From sequence record DRR378314_212: 64,000 bases of DNA, one strand, 5' to 3'. The translations under genes and the position numbers were made by a program. The notes beneath the pieces were generated by a model. That model was not told the origin of the DNA. It made no database searches and saw only the letters and a list, made by a program, of their open reading frames with translations. Positions 46,436-57,717 of this stretch are shown piece by piece (position 1 is the stretch's first letter; each line of letters begins with the position of its first letter).

Positions 46436-48553
46436 ATGACAGTGGCAAAGAGTGGCTTAAAAGCATGGTTGGGAGCTCTCGGTTTGGCATTAACACTGAT
46501 GAGTTCACCATTAAGCAGCGAAGAATATGCCGCCAGTTTTAAAAATACTGATATTAACGAGTTTATTCAGGTTGTCGGCCGAAACTTAGGTAAAACCATC
46601 ATTATCGACCCTAACGTGCGGGGCAAAATAGATGTGCGCAGCTATGATGTGATGGATGAAGAGCAGTACTATCAGTTTTTTCTTAATGTTCTTGAGGTCT
46701 ACGGATTTGCCACTGTTGAAATGGAGTCCGGTGTCCTGAAAGTCATTCGTGATAAAGACGCAAAAACCTCTTCGCTGCCTGTTATTGGTAGTGACACAAA
46801 AATGCTGGGCGACACAATGGTGACCCGGGTTGTGCCGGTAGAGAATGTCTCCGTAAGGGAGCTTGCTCCTTTATTGCGTCAGCTAAATGACCAAAGCGGT
46901 GGCGGTATGGTCGTCAGTTATGACCCATCAAATGTGATCATGATGACCGGGCGCGCTGAAACCGTGCAGCGTTTAGTAGAGATTATTGAGCGGGTGGATC
47001 GGGCTGGCGATCAAGATGTTGATATGATTAGCCTGGAGTATGCGTCAGCCAGTGAAATTGTTCGTATAGCTCAGTCGCTGTTCGAGAAAAATAATGAAGG
47101 CGTACCGGCGTTACTTATTCCTAAAATTGTTGCTGATGAGCGCAGTAATAGCGTTATTGTTAGCGGTGAGCCCCGTGCTAGAGCCCGAGTTGTTAAGTTG
47201 ATTAAACAGCTTGATCAGGACTTAAAAACCGAAGGTAACACTCGTGTTTTCTACTTAAAGTATGCGAAAGCACCTGAAGTAGTTGAGGTGTTGAAAGATG
47301 TCAGCCGTTCTATTCAGGCCGAAGTCGAGCAACAGTCCGGTACCGGTAATGCAACTCAGCGCCGTCGTACCGGAGGTGATGAAACCGTCAGTATCAGCCC
47401 GCATGAGCCGACAAACTCGGTGGTCATTACCGCTCAAAAAGACATGCTGGCGTCGCTGGAAAAAGTGATTCACGACCTAGACATCCGCCGTGCTCAGGTT
47501 CAGGTTGAAGCTATTATTGTCGAAATTATGGAAGGCGATAACGTTGACTTTGGCGTGCAGTGGATCAGTGAAGACGGCGGTATGGTTCAATATAATAATG
47601 GTAATCAGGTACCTATTGGGAGTTTGGCCGCGGGTGCTTATCAAGCACGTGAAAGGGAAGGTACAACGACGACCCGGATAACAGATGGAGGAGTCGAGGT
47701 GACGACGACAGAACCGGATGAGCCTGGTGATGTCTCGTTGCTGGCGAATTTACTGGGTTCGGTAAACGGCATGATGTTTGGCACCATTCAGAACGACTGG
47801 GCAGCGGTGGTTCAGGCTGTTACTCAGGATACTCGTTCAAATATTCTGGCAACGCCAAGTATTGTTACCGTCGATAACGAGGAAGCGAGCTTCCTGGTCG
47901 GTCAGGAAGTCCCCACTATCAGTGGCTCGACTACCGGAGACAATAACGACAACCCGTTCCAGACAGTTAACCGCACCGAGATAGGTATTAAGTTAAAAGT
48001 TACCCCTCAGATAAACGAAGGTAATGCAGTACAAATGACGATAGAACAGGAAGTGTCCAGTTTAAGCGGCGCTACTGCAGTTGACGTTATTATTAATAAG
48101 CGGGAACTGAAAACCACGGTCATGGCTGACGATGGCGAGACCATTGTACTGGGCGGTCTGATTGATGAAGACGTGCAGGAATCTGTATCCAAAGTTCCTA
48201 TTTTGGGCGATATCCCTATTTTAGGTAAGCTATTTAGTTCAACTTCAACATCCAAGCAAAAGCGCAATCTGATGGTCTTTATCCGTCCAACCATAGTCCG
48301 TGACGGTAACCGCATGCGTGAGTTAAGTTCAGCAAAATACAACTATATGCGAGCGCTGCAACTGGATGAACGTTCGCGCGGTATCTCGCTAATGCCCTCT
48401 GAGGATTCACCGTTGCTTAACGACTGGGACAGTGAGCTTACTTTACCGCCAGGCTTTGACGAATACCTGAAAAAGCAGGGTAGCGAGAAGAGCAGCGACG
48501 AAAAGGGTAACCAAGAAAGCGACGAACAGAATGAAGAGCCGCAAAATGACTGA
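46436..48553 (+). CDS. gspD: Type II secretion secretin D
   Basis: [40 protein letters not shown]. Confidence 0.96.
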   Translation: MTVAKSGLKAWLGALGLALTLMSSPLSSEEYAASFKNTDINEFIQVVGRNLGKTIIIDPNVRGKIDVRSYDVMDEEQYYQFFLNVLEVYGFATVEMESGVLKVIRDKDAKTSSLPVIGSDTKMLGDTMVTRVVPVENVSVRELAPLLRQLNDQSGGGMVVSYDPSNVIMMTGRAETVQRLVEIIERVDRAGDQDVDMISLEYASASEIVRIAQSLFEKNNEGVPALLIPKIVADERSNSVIVSGEPRARARVVKLIKQLDQDLKTEGNTRVFYLKYAKAPEVVEVLKDVSRSIQAEVEQQSGTGNATQRRRTGGDETVSISPHEPTNSVVITAQKDMLASLEKVIHDLDIRRAQVQVEAIIVEIMEGDNVDFGVQWISEDGGMVQYNNGNQVPIGSLAAGAYQAREREGTTTTRITDGGVEVTTTEPDEPGDVSLLANLLGSVNGMMFGTIQNDWAAVVQAVTQDTRSNILATPSIVTVDNEEASFLVGQEVPTISGSTTGDNNDNPFQTVNRTEIGIKLKVTPQINEGNAVQMTIEQEVSSLSGATAVDVIINKRELKTTVMADDGETIVLGGLIDEDVQESVSKVPILGDIPILGKLFSSTSTSKQKRNLMVFIRPTIVRDGNRMRELSSAKYNYMRALQLDERSRGISLMPSEDSPLLNDWDSELTLPPGFDEYLKKQGSEKSSDEKGNQESDEQNEEPQND

Positions 48554-50030
48554 AGCCAGTGCCATTGCAACAGCTCGCCTCCCGTTTAGCTTTGCTAAAC
48601 GCTTTGGCGTGGTGGTTGAGCAGGGTGAGCCGTTAATTTTGCATTGCCGTGCAGGTATTTCGGCTGCTGCGTTAAAAGAAGTTAGGCGCGCGTTGGGTCA
48701 ACCTGTCACTCTTCAGGAGCATGCCGCAAGCGACTTTGAAAGCCTGTTAACTCGTGCTTATCAACGAGACTCATCGGAAGCCCAGCAGTTAATGGAAGAC
48801 ATTGGCAATGAGTCCGATTTATTCTCTCTTGCTGATGAGCTGCCGCAGACCGAAGATTTGCTCGAAAGCGAAGACGACGCGCCTATTATTAAGCTAATTA
48901 ATGCGATGTTGAGCGAAGCGATAAAAGAGGGCGCCTCAGATATTCATATCGAGACTTTTGAGAAAGCTTTGCTCATACGTTTTCGCATAGATGGTGTTTT
49001 ACGTGAAGTTTTGCGACCAAACCGTAAGTTGTCATCGCTGCTGGTGTCGCGGATAAAAGTTATGGCGCAGCTGGATATCGCCGAAAAGCGTGTTCCACAG
49101 GATGGTCGCATTTCTTTGCTTATTGCTGGCCGGGCTGTGGATGTTCGGGTCTCGACTATGCCGTCGAACCACGGCGAGCGGGTGGTATTGCGTTTGCTGG
49201 ATAAGAACAACGCAAGGCTTAATTTGACTGAACTGGGAATGACTGACGGGAACCGAAAAATTTTCCAGGAACTGATTTACAAACCCCACGGCATTATTTT
49301 GGTAACCGGCCCCACGGGCTCAGGTAAAAGTACGACGTTGTATGCCGGACTGAGCGAAATTAATTCTAAAGACCGTAATATTCTGACCGTCGAAGACCCT
49401 ATAGAATACGCCATTGATGGTATTGGGCAGACCCAGGTTAACCCTCGGGTGGATATGACCTTCGCCCGCGGCTTACGCGCTATTTTGCGCCAGGACCCGG
49501 ACGTAGTGATGGTTGGTGAGATACGTGATGTAGAAACCGCGCAGATTGCTGTGCAGGCGTCGCTCACCGGTCACCTGGTCTTGTCTACATTGCACACTAA
49601 TACTGCCGCCGGCGCTATTACTCGTCTGGAAGACATGGGCGTAGAACCCTTTCTGCTTTCATCGAGCTTATTGGCGGTGTTGTCACAGCGCCTGGTGCGG
49701 ACACTCTGTAGCGAGTGCAAACAGCCGCACCAGCCTGATGACGAAGAAAAGAATATGCTGGGCCTTGATGCTTCAGATACGAGTGTGATTTATCGTGCAG
49801 GGAGTTGTGAACGATGCAATCACACCGGCTATCGTGGACGAACCGGTATTCACGAACTGCTGCTGGTGGACGACCATGTACGTGAGTTAGTCCATAATGG
49901 TCACGGCGAACAGTCTATTGAAAAGTATATTCGCCAGTCGACGCCCGGTATTCGCCAGGACGGATTAGCAAAAGTACTGAAAGGCAAGACAACGCTGGAA
50001 GAAGTGCTGCGGGTTACCCGCGAGGAGTAG
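48546..50030 (+). CDS. gspE: Type II secretion ATPase E
   Basis: [35 protein letters not shown], Cys-zinc motif. Confidence 0.97.
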   Translation: MTEASAIATARLPFSFAKRFGVVVEQGEPLILHCRAGISAAALKEVRRALGQPVTLQEHAASDFESLLTRAYQRDSSEAQQLMEDIGNESDLFSLADELPQTEDLLESEDDAPIIKLINAMLSEAIKEGASDIHIETFEKALLIRFRIDGVLREVLRPNRKLSSLLVSRIKVMAQLDIAEKRVPQDGRISLLIAGRAVDVRVSTMPSNHGERVVLRLLDKNNARLNLTELGMTDGNRKIFQELIYKPHGIILVTGPTGSGKSTTLYAGLSEINSKDRNILTVEDPIEYAIDGIGQTQVNPRVDMTFARGLRAILRQDPDVVMVGEIRDVETAQIAVQASLTGHLVLSTLHTNTAAGAITRLEDMGVEPFLLSSSLLAVLSQRLVRTLCSECKQPHQPDDEEKNMLGLDASDTSVIYRAGSCERCNHTGYRGRTGIHELLLVDDHVRELVHNGHGEQSIEKYIRQSTPGIRQDGLAKVLKGKTTLEEVLRVTREE

Positions 50031-50033
50031 AGG

Positions 50034-51260
50034 GTGGCAGCATTTGAATACCAAGCCGTTGAAGCTAGCGGCAGAAAGAAAAAGGGCGTACTGGAAGCCG
50101 ATACTGAGCGACAGGTACGTCAGTTATTGCGTGAAAAAGGCTTAATGCCTTTAACCATTGAACCTGCCGCTGATCAAGACAGAAAGAAAACCTTACAGCC
50201 CCGGTTTGGGCTTCCACAGCGTAAGGTTAAAGCGCAGGACTTGGCATTAATTACCCGTCAGTTATCCACCTTAGTAGGTTCAGCGTTGCCCATTGAGCAG
50301 GCATTGTTAGCGGTTGCTGATCAAACCGAAAAGCCGCGCCTGAAAAAGTTACTGATGTCGGTACGCAGTAAAGTGGTTGAAGGTTATGGCCTTGCCGAAG
50401 CTATGTCGGAGTTTCCCGGTGTTTTCGATTCTTTATATACCGCAATGGTCGCTGCAGGTGAAAAATCAGGCCATTTAGATACAGTACTGGATGAACTGGC
50501 AAACTATACTGAGCAACGTCAACACATGAAAAGCCAGCTGACTCAGGCGCTAATTTATCCGCTTATGCTGACTTTGGTTGCCATTGGCATTGTGGTTTTT
50601 CTGTTGGTTTCTATTGTGCCGCAAATAGTGGATAACTTTTCAACCATGGGCCAGGACTTGCCGCCAACCACTCTGGCGATGATAGCCATTAGTGAATTTT
50701 TGCAAAACTGGGGGCTGTGGTTACTTATTGGTATTGCTTTGGTATTGGTGGCCTTTAACCAGTGGTTGAGAAATGAAAAGAACCGCCTGAAATATCATCG
50801 TAGGCTGTTAAAACTTCCCATGCTGGGTAAGGTCATAAGAGGTGTGAGTACCGCCCGTTTTGCCCGGACTTTAAGTATACTGACGTCCTCGGCGGTACCC
50901 TTGCTTGACGGGTTACGCATTACCTCTTCAGTGATTGGTAATTTAGCCATACGCCAGGCGGTAGATGAAGCGGCCGGACGCGTTCGCGAAGGGGCGTCAA
51001 TGCGCGGTGCGTTGCAGGAAACGGGGTTGTTCCCACCAATGATGCTGCACATGATAGCGGCAGGTGAGAAGTCAGGTGAACTGGAACAAATGTTAAAACG
51101 TTCAGCCGATAATCAGGACAAAGAATTTGAAAATCTGGTGTCGGTTAGCTTAAAAGTATTTGAGCCGGTGTTGATAGTGACGATGGCAGGTATCGTCTTC
51201 TTTATTGTGCTGTCTATCATTCAACCCATTTTACAATTAAATAATAGTGTAGGGCTTTAG
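50034..51260 (+). CDS. gspF: Type II secretion inner-membrane platform protein F
   Basis: Repeated AGEKSG.L motifs, YP, 3 TM. Confidence 0.96.
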   Translation: MAAFEYQAVEASGRKKKGVLEADTERQVRQLLREKGLMPLTIEPAADQDRKKTLQPRFGLPQRKVKAQDLALITRQLSTLVGSALPIEQALLAVADQTEKPRLKKLLMSVRSKVVEGYGLAEAMSEFPGVFDSLYTAMVAAGEKSGHLDTVLDELANYTEQRQHMKSQLTQALIYPLMLTLVAIGIVVFLLVSIVPQIVDNFSTMGQDLPPTTLAMIAISEFLQNWGLWLLIGIALVLVAFNQWLRNEKNRLKYHRRLLKLPMLGKVIRGVSTARFARTLSILTSSAVPLLDGLRITSSVIGNLAIRQAVDEAAGRVREGASMRGALQETGLFPPMMLHMIAAGEKSGELEQMLKRSADNQDKEFENLVSVSLKVFEPVLIVTMAGIVFFIVLSIIQPILQLNNSVGL

Positions 51261-51262
51261 CT

Positions 51263-51700
51263 ATGAGACGTAATCAACAAGGTTTTTCATTGGTCGAAGT
51301 AATGGTGGTTATTGCCATTATCGGTATTTTGGCCACTATGGTGTTACCAAATGTACTGGGTAATCAGGAAAAGGCCAACCAGCAAAAAGTGATAGCCGAT
51401 ATTGTCGCTTTAGAAAACGCACTGGCTCAGTATCACTTAGACAACGGTATGTTTCCAACGACCGAGCAGGGACTTGAGGCTTTAGTCAATGAACCGAACA
51501 TGGATCCGCAGCCTCGCAGCTACCGCAGTGGCGGTTATATTCGTCGTTTACCGCAGGACCCTTACGGCAATGACTATTTACTCCTGAACCCGGGGCAGTA
51601 CGATGATGTTGATATTTTTTCCCCGGGCCCGGACGGTCAGCCCGGAACAGATGATGATTTTGGCAACTGGATGATTGGCAACAACAATCGTGATCAATAA
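51263..51700 (+). CDS. gspG: Major pseudopilin G
   Basis: GFSLVEVMVV, PTTEQGLEALV, LPQDPYGN.Y. Confidence 0.96.
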   Translation: MRRNQQGFSLVEVMVVIAIIGILATMVLPNVLGNQEKANQQKVIADIVALENALAQYHLDNGMFPTTEQGLEALVNEPNMDPQPRSYRSGGYIRRLPQDPYGNDYLLLNPGQYDDVDIFSPGPDGQPGTDDDFGNWMIGNNNRDQ

Positions 51701-52241
51701 GCGTTGTTCATTTGGTTTTACTTTAATTGAAGTCATGCTGGTGATGGCCATTCTTGGTCTCATCGCCAGCGCTGTCATGTTTACACTGCCCAGCGGTGAA
51801 AGGGGGCAGGACTCTCCTCAAAATGCGGCCGTGAGTTTACGTCAACAGCTAAACTATGCGCGCGAATACGCCATGGTTCGACAACAACCTCTCGGATTAA
51901 AGTTTCAAGAAGATGGCTATCGTTTCTTATTCTGGAAAGATGAGCAATGGCGCGAACAAAACGCTCGTGGCTTGCGGGCGCAGGAAACAGAATGGCCACT
52001 ACGCTGGCAGTTCACTAGCCGGGGTCTGAAGATATTAGAACAAAACGAATCGCTGAGTAGCGGGTTGTTTGCTGAGGAAAGTGACGAAGACAATATCATC
52101 CCCGATATTCTGATTCTGCCCAGTGGTGAAATGACTTTGTTTGAAGTGCATATTGAGCATTTAAACGACCCCGATGCTGAACGTTGGCTTATTGCGGAAA
52201 ATAGCTGGCAAGTCAGTATTTCTGCCGAGGCTCCGGAATAA
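51690..52241 (+). CDS. gspH: Minor pseudopilin H
   Basis: GFTLIEVMLV, SGEMT.F, position in the cluster. Confidence 0.88.
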   Translation: MINKRCSFGFTLIEVMLVMAILGLIASAVMFTLPSGERGQDSPQNAAVSLRQQLNYAREYAMVRQQPLGLKFQEDGYRFLFWKDEQWREQNARGLRAQETEWPLRWQFTSRGLKILEQNESLSSGLFAEESDEDNIIPDILILPSGEMTLFEVHIEHLNDPDAERWLIAENSWQVSISAEAPE

Positions 52242-52243
52242 CT

Positions 52244-52636
52244 ATGCGGTGGGTGCGTGGCTTTACCTTAATTGAAGTGATGGTTGCCTTGTCGGTGTTC
52301 AGTCTGGCGGCACTTGCTGCACTACAGGCCGCTAGTGGGCATCTGACCGGGTTAAGTGCTTTGCAGGATAAAACCTTTGCTCAGTACGTAGCTTCTAACC
52401 GCCTCGCAGAATTGTCGCTTGAACAAAAGTGGCCACTTGAAGATAAACGGAGCGGCCAGCAGGAACAGGCCGATGTTACCTGGTACTGGCAGCAACAAGT
52501 GACTGAAACCGTCACGCCGAATGTTGTTGCAGTGACGGTGAAAGTGATGAAAAACGAGGACGGTCGTGAGCACTTTCGGCTAACCCGCTATGTGCGTAAA
52601 CCGGATTCAGCGGGAGGAACGAGCAATGGCCGTTAA
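52244..52636 (+). CDS. gspI: Minor pseudopilin I
   Basis: GFTLIEVMVAL, position in the cluster. Confidence 0.9.
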   Translation: MRWVRGFTLIEVMVALSVFSLAALAALQAASGHLTGLSALQDKTFAQYVASNRLAELSLEQKWPLEDKRSGQQEQADVTWYWQQQVTETVTPNVVAVTVKVMKNEDGREHFRLTRYVRKPDSAGGTSNGR

Positions 52637-53309
52637 CTCCGCAAACAAGGGTTTTACCTTAGTAGAAGTGCTGGTGACCATGGTGATATTTGCCATTATC
52701 GGTATTGCCAGCTTTCAGGTTCTGAACCAAATGGTCAATACCGAAGAGCAATCTCAAAAACAGCGCGAACAACTGGAACGTTTGCAGTTTAGCCAGTTGC
52801 TGATACAGCAGGATATTCGGCAAATGGTCGCCAAACCAACGCGACCATCGGGTGTCGAAGTGACTCATCAATACCTGAGTAATGATCCGAGTTACTTCGA
52901 TTCTGACGGCGGTGTGCTGGCCTTTGTCAGAAGTGGTTTTGATAACCCCGGTAATATGATGCCCCGTAGCGAATTGCAGCCGGTAGTTTACCGTTTATGG
53001 GATGGGAATTTGCAACGGGTAACCGAGACTTTCGTTAACGATCGCTCCTCAGAGCCATCCGTTCAGACCTTATTAGAAGGCGTTGAAGAACTGTCTTTTC
53101 GGTTTTACCGTAGTGATGGCGTGAGTAACGCGAATCAGGGGTTAGAACAAGGCTGGAGCGACAACTGGGAAAGCGCAGGTGATTTGCCTCAAGCCGTTGA
53201 AGTGACCATTCGTAGCAAAAACTTTGGCACCATCAGACGCGTGTTTTTGATAGCCGCAGTAGGACAGCAAGTGGAAACTAATAGCGGAGGGCTGCAACGT
53301 GCCAATTAG
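52626..53309 (+). CDS. gspJ: Minor pseudopilin J
   Basis: GFTLVEVLV, D.RQ...., PRSELQ.V.Y, LPQAV. Confidence 0.9.
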   Translation: MAVNSANKGFTLVEVLVTMVIFAIIGIASFQVLNQMVNTEEQSQKQREQLERLQFSQLLIQQDIRQMVAKPTRPSGVEVTHQYLSNDPSYFDSDGGVLAFVRSGFDNPGNMMPRSELQPVVYRLWDGNLQRVTETFVNDRSSEPSVQTLLEGVEELSFRFYRSDGVSNANQGLEQGWSDNWESAGDLPQAVEVTIRSKNFGTIRRVFLIAAVGQQVETNSGGLQRAN

Positions 53310-54285
53310 CCCGCGTAAGTCATCACAAGCCGGAGCGGCACTGATAACGGTTTTGCTGGTTATTGCTATTGTGTCGGTTATTGCAGTGAATTTAGGCGGC
53401 AAACTGCAGTTGCAAATAACCCGTATGGGCAACTTGCAGCAAGCTGAACAAAGCTACTGGATGTGGTTAAGCGCAGAGGATGTTCTAAAAGAAGTGCTGC
53501 AAACTGAGCTGGAAGAGAACGATGGAGTTGCGCACAAAGAACAAAACTGGGCTCAGCGCAGCGGACCTTTTCCGGTAGAAGGTGGGCAGATTGCCGCGAA
53601 AGTCAGGGATTTATACAGTTGCTTTAACCTTAATAGCCTGGTTACCGATGCAGAAGATCCCGGAACTCTGGAAAAGCGCAAACGACAATACAAAGCGCTG
53701 CTGGAAGCACTGGAAATTGATAACTATCAGGCCGAGATTTTAACCGACAGTCTGGTAGACTGGCTGGATGAAGACAGTCAGTTGTCGGGCAGTAACGGCG
53801 CCGAAGACCCTGATTACGAGAGTCTACCTAAGCCTTATTTGGCCGCAAACAGTCAACTACTTGAGATGAGTGAACTAAGAATGGTGCGTGGATACAGCGC
53901 TAAAATTGTCAATTCTTTAAACTCTGTTGCTTGCGTTATTCCCAATGAGACAGACTTAAAAATTAATATTAATACTCTGGAACAGGATCAGGCTGCGGTT
54001 TTAACCGGGGTTACCGAAGGTAAGTTAGCACTTGCTGACGCTATGGCGTTGTTGAATAACCGACCACCACAAGGCTACGAATCCGATGAGGAACTCGCTG
54101 AGTTGGCTGAGCTTTCGGGAGTAAGGTCGGAATTAGAAGGTGAGTTGCCGGAACTGACCGTGAGTAGTGAGTATTTTCAGCTGGTTGCGATGATTCAGTG
54201 GGGCGAGGTAGAAATGAGAGCGCGCTCGGTATTACATTTAAACGAAGGTCGAGTACAAACCCTGTACCGGGCGATGGGAGATTAG
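53299..54285 (+). CDS. gspK: Minor pseudopilin K
   Basis: GAALITVLL, CFNLN.L, DWLDED, GAED.DY, ININT. Confidence 0.92.
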   Translation: MPISPRKSSQAGAALITVLLVIAIVSVIAVNLGGKLQLQITRMGNLQQAEQSYWMWLSAEDVLKEVLQTELEENDGVAHKEQNWAQRSGPFPVEGGQIAAKVRDLYSCFNLNSLVTDAEDPGTLEKRKRQYKALLEALEIDNYQAEILTDSLVDWLDEDSQLSGSNGAEDPDYESLPKPYLAANSQLLEMSELRMVRGYSAKIVNSLNSVACVIPNETDLKININTLEQDQAAVLTGVTEGKLALADAMALLNNRPPQGYESDEELAELAELSGVRSELEGELPELTVSSEYFQLVAMIQWGEVEMRARSVLHLNEGRVQTLYRAMGD

Positions 54286-54288
54286 TTT

Positions 54289-55509
54289 ATGCATGAAACA
54301 CTGATTCTGCGGTTACCGGCTTATGGTACCGAAGAACCCATACCCTGGTTGGTCTGGCATAAAGGACAGCAAGAATTAATAGCCAGTGGAGAGCTGAGTT
54401 CGGTAGCAGAGCTTGTTCAGTTAAAAGATAAGGCCAACCGTTGCGAAGTCATTGTGGCCTTGCCCGGGCAAGATGTTTCGATGACAAGAGTGACTTTGCC
54501 CGCAGGCACAAAAAGGCATCTGCAGCGCATTATTCCTTATGCTCTGGAAGAAGAGCTGGCAAGTGATATTGAGCAGCTGCATTTTGCCTGGCCGGATGTC
54601 AAAGGCACAGAGCTGCCAGTTGCTGTAGTTGCTAAAGAACGAATGAATTATTGGTTGCAGGTGTTAGCCGAAGCCGGCATTGATTCGGCTTTCTGGGTGC
54701 CCGACTGTTTTCTGTTGCCGCATCAGAACGATACCTGGCAGGCCATAGAGCTTGCCGACAGTGTTATTGTCAGAACTGGTGAGTGGCAGGGCTTTACCAT
54801 AGAAAAAGAGCAGTTTGCTCAGTTAGCACCAGCTTTTGCTGCTGAACAGGACAATCCAACGGAAATTATTCACTATGGCGCGCTCAACTGGCCGCAATCG
54901 CCAGCGCCTTTAACGCCTGCTGATATTGAGGTGCCTTTTACTATTGCCGTGCAAAGTATCGCGACAGGGAACTGTATTAACTTAAGGCAGGGAACTTATC
55001 GCTCACAACGGGCAAAACGTTCAGTTGATTTACCCTGGAAGGGGCTCGCTACTGCCGCGAGTGTACTCTTTGTTTTGGCCGTGTTGTTAAACGGCGTACG
55101 CTATTGGCAACTGGAGTCTCAGCGAGACACTTTAAAAGCGCAGGCTGAGCAACTTTATCGTGACGCCTTTCCAGGCCAGACTCGTATTGTGAATTTAAAA
55201 GTACAGTTGCAACGGCAATTGGAAAGCCTTGGACTGGGTAGTGCGGATGAAGCTTCGGTGCTTGCGGTTTTGCAGCAACTGGCGCCTGCGTTTAAGTCGC
55301 AGCCTGAGCTGCAGCTTGAGTTACTTCGTTTTCAGAACAATGAGTTGCGCTTACAGGCAACCGCCAGCAGCTTTTCTCAATTTGAGGCTTTTCAACAGGC
55401 GGCGAAAGCCGAAGGGTTAACTGTTGAAGCGGGCTCAATGAGTAACCGTGGTGAACAAGTTTCGGGGTCTCTAACCGTGCAACTAGATGCTCAGGGGGCG
55501 CAGTCATGA
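54289..55509 (+). CDS. gspL: Type II secretion protein L
   Basis: PYALEEELA.D.EQLHF actin-like domain, one TM. Confidence 0.92.
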   Translation: MHETLILRLPAYGTEEPIPWLVWHKGQQELIASGELSSVAELVQLKDKANRCEVIVALPGQDVSMTRVTLPAGTKRHLQRIIPYALEEELASDIEQLHFAWPDVKGTELPVAVVAKERMNYWLQVLAEAGIDSAFWVPDCFLLPHQNDTWQAIELADSVIVRTGEWQGFTIEKEQFAQLAPAFAAEQDNPTEIIHYGALNWPQSPAPLTPADIEVPFTIAVQSIATGNCINLRQGTYRSQRAKRSVDLPWKGLATAASVLFVLAVLLNGVRYWQLESQRDTLKAQAEQLYRDAFPGQTRIVNLKVQLQRQLESLGLGSADEASVLAVLQQLAPAFKSQPELQLELLRFQNNELRLQATASSFSQFEAFQQAAKAEGLTVEAGSMSNRGEQVSGSLTVQLDAQGAQS

Positions 55510-56024
55510 ACAGAATTACAGGTCATTTAACGCCTTATCTGGACTTAGGCAAGCAACGCTGGCAACAGTTTAACCAGCGCGAGCAGAGCTTGTTAGCTGT
55601 TTTGGCAGGAGTACTGTTTATTGCTTTTCTGTACTTTGTCATTTGGCAGCCCAGCTCCCAGGCAGTAGCCAATGCAGAGCGTCAGCTTGCAGCTCAACAG
55701 CAGCAATACCAATGGGTTCAGCAGGCAATAGCGCGCTATAAAAAACTGGAAGAGAGCAGCTCTGAACAACAAAGTGCATCAGGCTCTGTCAGTCAACGTA
55801 TCAACCGTGCTGCAGCTGCGCAGGATATTCAAATCGCGCGTTTGCAGCCTCAGGGGCAGGAGTATCTGTTAAGTGTTGATGAGGTGGCTTTTTCTGATTT
55901 ATTAAGCTTTTTAGCCGAACTGGAGCAACGCCAGGGGTTATCACTAAAAGCTGTTGATATTGCGAAATTAAATACGCCCGGACAGGTGCGTTTACGTAAA
56001 CTATTAGTAAGTGAGGATTCATGA
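55506..56024 (+). CDS. gspM: Type II secretion protein M
   Basis: W....REQ.LL, TM ending in WQP, position in the cluster. Confidence 0.88.
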   Translation: MNRITGHLTPYLDLGKQRWQQFNQREQSLLAVLAGVLFIAFLYFVIWQPSSQAVANAERQLAAQQQQYQWVQQAIARYKKLEESSSEQQSASGSVSQRINRAAAAQDIQIARLQPQGQEYLLSVDEVAFSDLLSFLAELEQRQGLSLKAVDIAKLNTPGQVRLRKLLVSEDS

Positions 56025-56767
56025 ACTTAAAACGCTGGATACCCTGGTTAGTGGTCGTGTATCTGGTTGCCATGCTGGTGATGTTACCGGCAAGGGTCAT
56101 CTACTGGTTTCCTTTGCCGGATAACATCCGGCTCTCTCAGGTCAGCGGGAGTTTGTGGAATGGTGTTGCCGGGCAGGTTGCAGTTGACGATATCGTACTG
56201 ACTAACCTTAGCTGGAACTGGCAGGTGTCGTCGGTATTTCTGGGTGAACTGGTGATGGATGTCAATTTGCCGGCAAAGAACAATCCGTTTGCGCTGAATG
56301 GACGTCTGCTGGCGGGGTCCACCAAGGTCGGGGCCAAAGATATAACGGCCAGTGGTGATGTCAATGCTCTGCTGCAGTTGGCAAATACCCGCTTGCCTTT
56401 AAAAACCGGAGGGAACTGGCGTTTGTCCTTAGACAGCTTTGTCGTTACTGCGCCCGGTCCGGTACGTTGGTGTGACGAGTTAAAAGGTAAGGCACAAGGC
56501 GAGCAAATTCGGGTGTTGGTGAATAATCAATGGCAGTCGTTGGGAGACTTCCCGGTACAACTTAGCTGTAACGAGAATAACTCGGTGGGCTTAGCCATGA
56601 ATGGCAACAACAGTCTGGGGTTAGATTTTAAAGGCAGCATTAATAGCCAGAGTTTCAGTGCTGAAGGGACGGTTAAGCCGAATTTGGAAACCCCGGAAGG
56701 GCTGGCTAAAATGATGGAATACATGGGAACGCCAGATTCGCGCGGACGTTACTCATTTCGCTTGTGA
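56021..56767 (+). CDS. gspN: Type II secretion protein N
   Basis: LPA after the N-terminal TM, SGSLWNG, last gene of the cluster. Confidence 0.85.
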   Translation: MNLKRWIPWLVVVYLVAMLVMLPARVIYWFPLPDNIRLSQVSGSLWNGVAGQVAVDDIVLTNLSWNWQVSSVFLGELVMDVNLPAKNNPFALNGRLLAGSTKVGAKDITASGDVNALLQLANTRLPLKTGGNWRLSLDSFVVTAPGPVRWCDELKGKAQGEQIRVLVNNQWQSLGDFPVQLSCNENNSVGLAMNGNNSLGLDFKGSINSQSFSAEGTVKPNLETPEGLAKMMEYMGTPDSRGRYSFRL

Positions 56768-56847
56768 TCCCACTTGCGGGCAAAAACGTTTATGATTACT
56801 GTAATAATAAGTCACTAATTAAAGTCTTCGCGAAATAAGGAATTTGT

Positions 56848-57666
56848 ATGGATAACATCGTCCAGTGGATTAACGATAATCAGGACATGCTGATCGGTTT
56901 CTCGATTAAATTTGTCATCGCTATTGCGATACTTGTCGTCGGTAAGATTGTTGCTAACACCGTGACAGGTGTGATGACCAAAGGCATGAAGAAACGTGAA
57001 GTTGACGGTGCCGTTATCAGCTTTGTCGGTGCAATTTTAAAAACGGTGATATTCATTGCCGCTATCATGATGGCGCTGTCGCATGTGGGCGTTGAAACCA
57101 CTTCCTTTATTGCCATATTAGGTGCCGCAGGTCTGGCAATTGGTCTGGCATTGCAGGGGTCACTGTCTAATATTGCATCAGGCGTTCTGCTTATTATGTT
57201 CCGCCCAATTCGCGCGGGTGAATACGTTGATGCCGGCGGTGTTTCAGGAACCGTGGAGCAAATTAATATCTTTCAGACCATTATGAAAACCCCTGACCGT
57301 AAAGTGGTTTTTGTGCCTAACTCTGAAATTATCGGCGGCCCTATTGTTAACTATAACCGTGAAGAGCTGCGCCGTATCGACCTGGTTATTGGTGTAAGTT
57401 ACAGCGCGAATCTACAGCAGACGAAGAAGGCGTTGATGGATGTTATTACCAGCGATGAGCGGGTATTAAAAGATCCTGAACCTGTTGTTACGGTGACCAA
57501 CCTTGGCGATTCGTCGGTCGACTTTAATGTTCGCCCGTGGACGAAAAACGAGGACTACTGGCCGACCCGCTGGGATTTATTAGAGCGTATTAAAGACCGT
57601 CTGGATGAAGAGGGCATTGGTATTCCCTTTCCCCAAATGGACGTTCACCTGAAAAAAGACGATTAG
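56848..57666 (+). CDS. mscS: Small-conductance mechanosensitive channel
   Basis: GAAGLAIGLALQGSLSN, VPNS, IPFPQ. Confidence 0.93.
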   Translation: MDNIVQWINDNQDMLIGFSIKFVIAIAILVVGKIVANTVTGVMTKGMKKREVDGAVISFVGAILKTVIFIAAIMMALSHVGVETTSFIAILGAAGLAIGLALQGSLSNIASGVLLIMFRPIRAGEYVDAGGVSGTVEQINIFQTIMKTPDRKVVFVPNSEIIGGPIVNYNREELRRIDLVIGVSYSANLQQTKKALMDVITSDERVLKDPEPVVTVTNLGDSSVDFNVRPWTKNEDYWPTRWDLLERIKDRLDEEGIGIPFPQMDVHLKKDD

Positions 57667-57680
57667 CTTATTGTTGTTCG

Positions 57681-57709
57681 AAAAGGCCACTTCAACAGTG
57701 GCCTTTTTT
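57681..57709. terminator. Bidirectional Rho-independent terminator
   Basis: AAAAGGCCACT-tcaac-AGTGGCCTTTTTT between convergent genes. Confidence 0.85.
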
Positions 57710-57717
57710 GTGGGCGC

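Noticed and set aside
45520-56767. Type II secretion cluster as a novel system
   Set aside because: Canonical gspC-N order. Lack of gspO in the cluster is common because a shared prepilin peptidase is encoded elsewhere.
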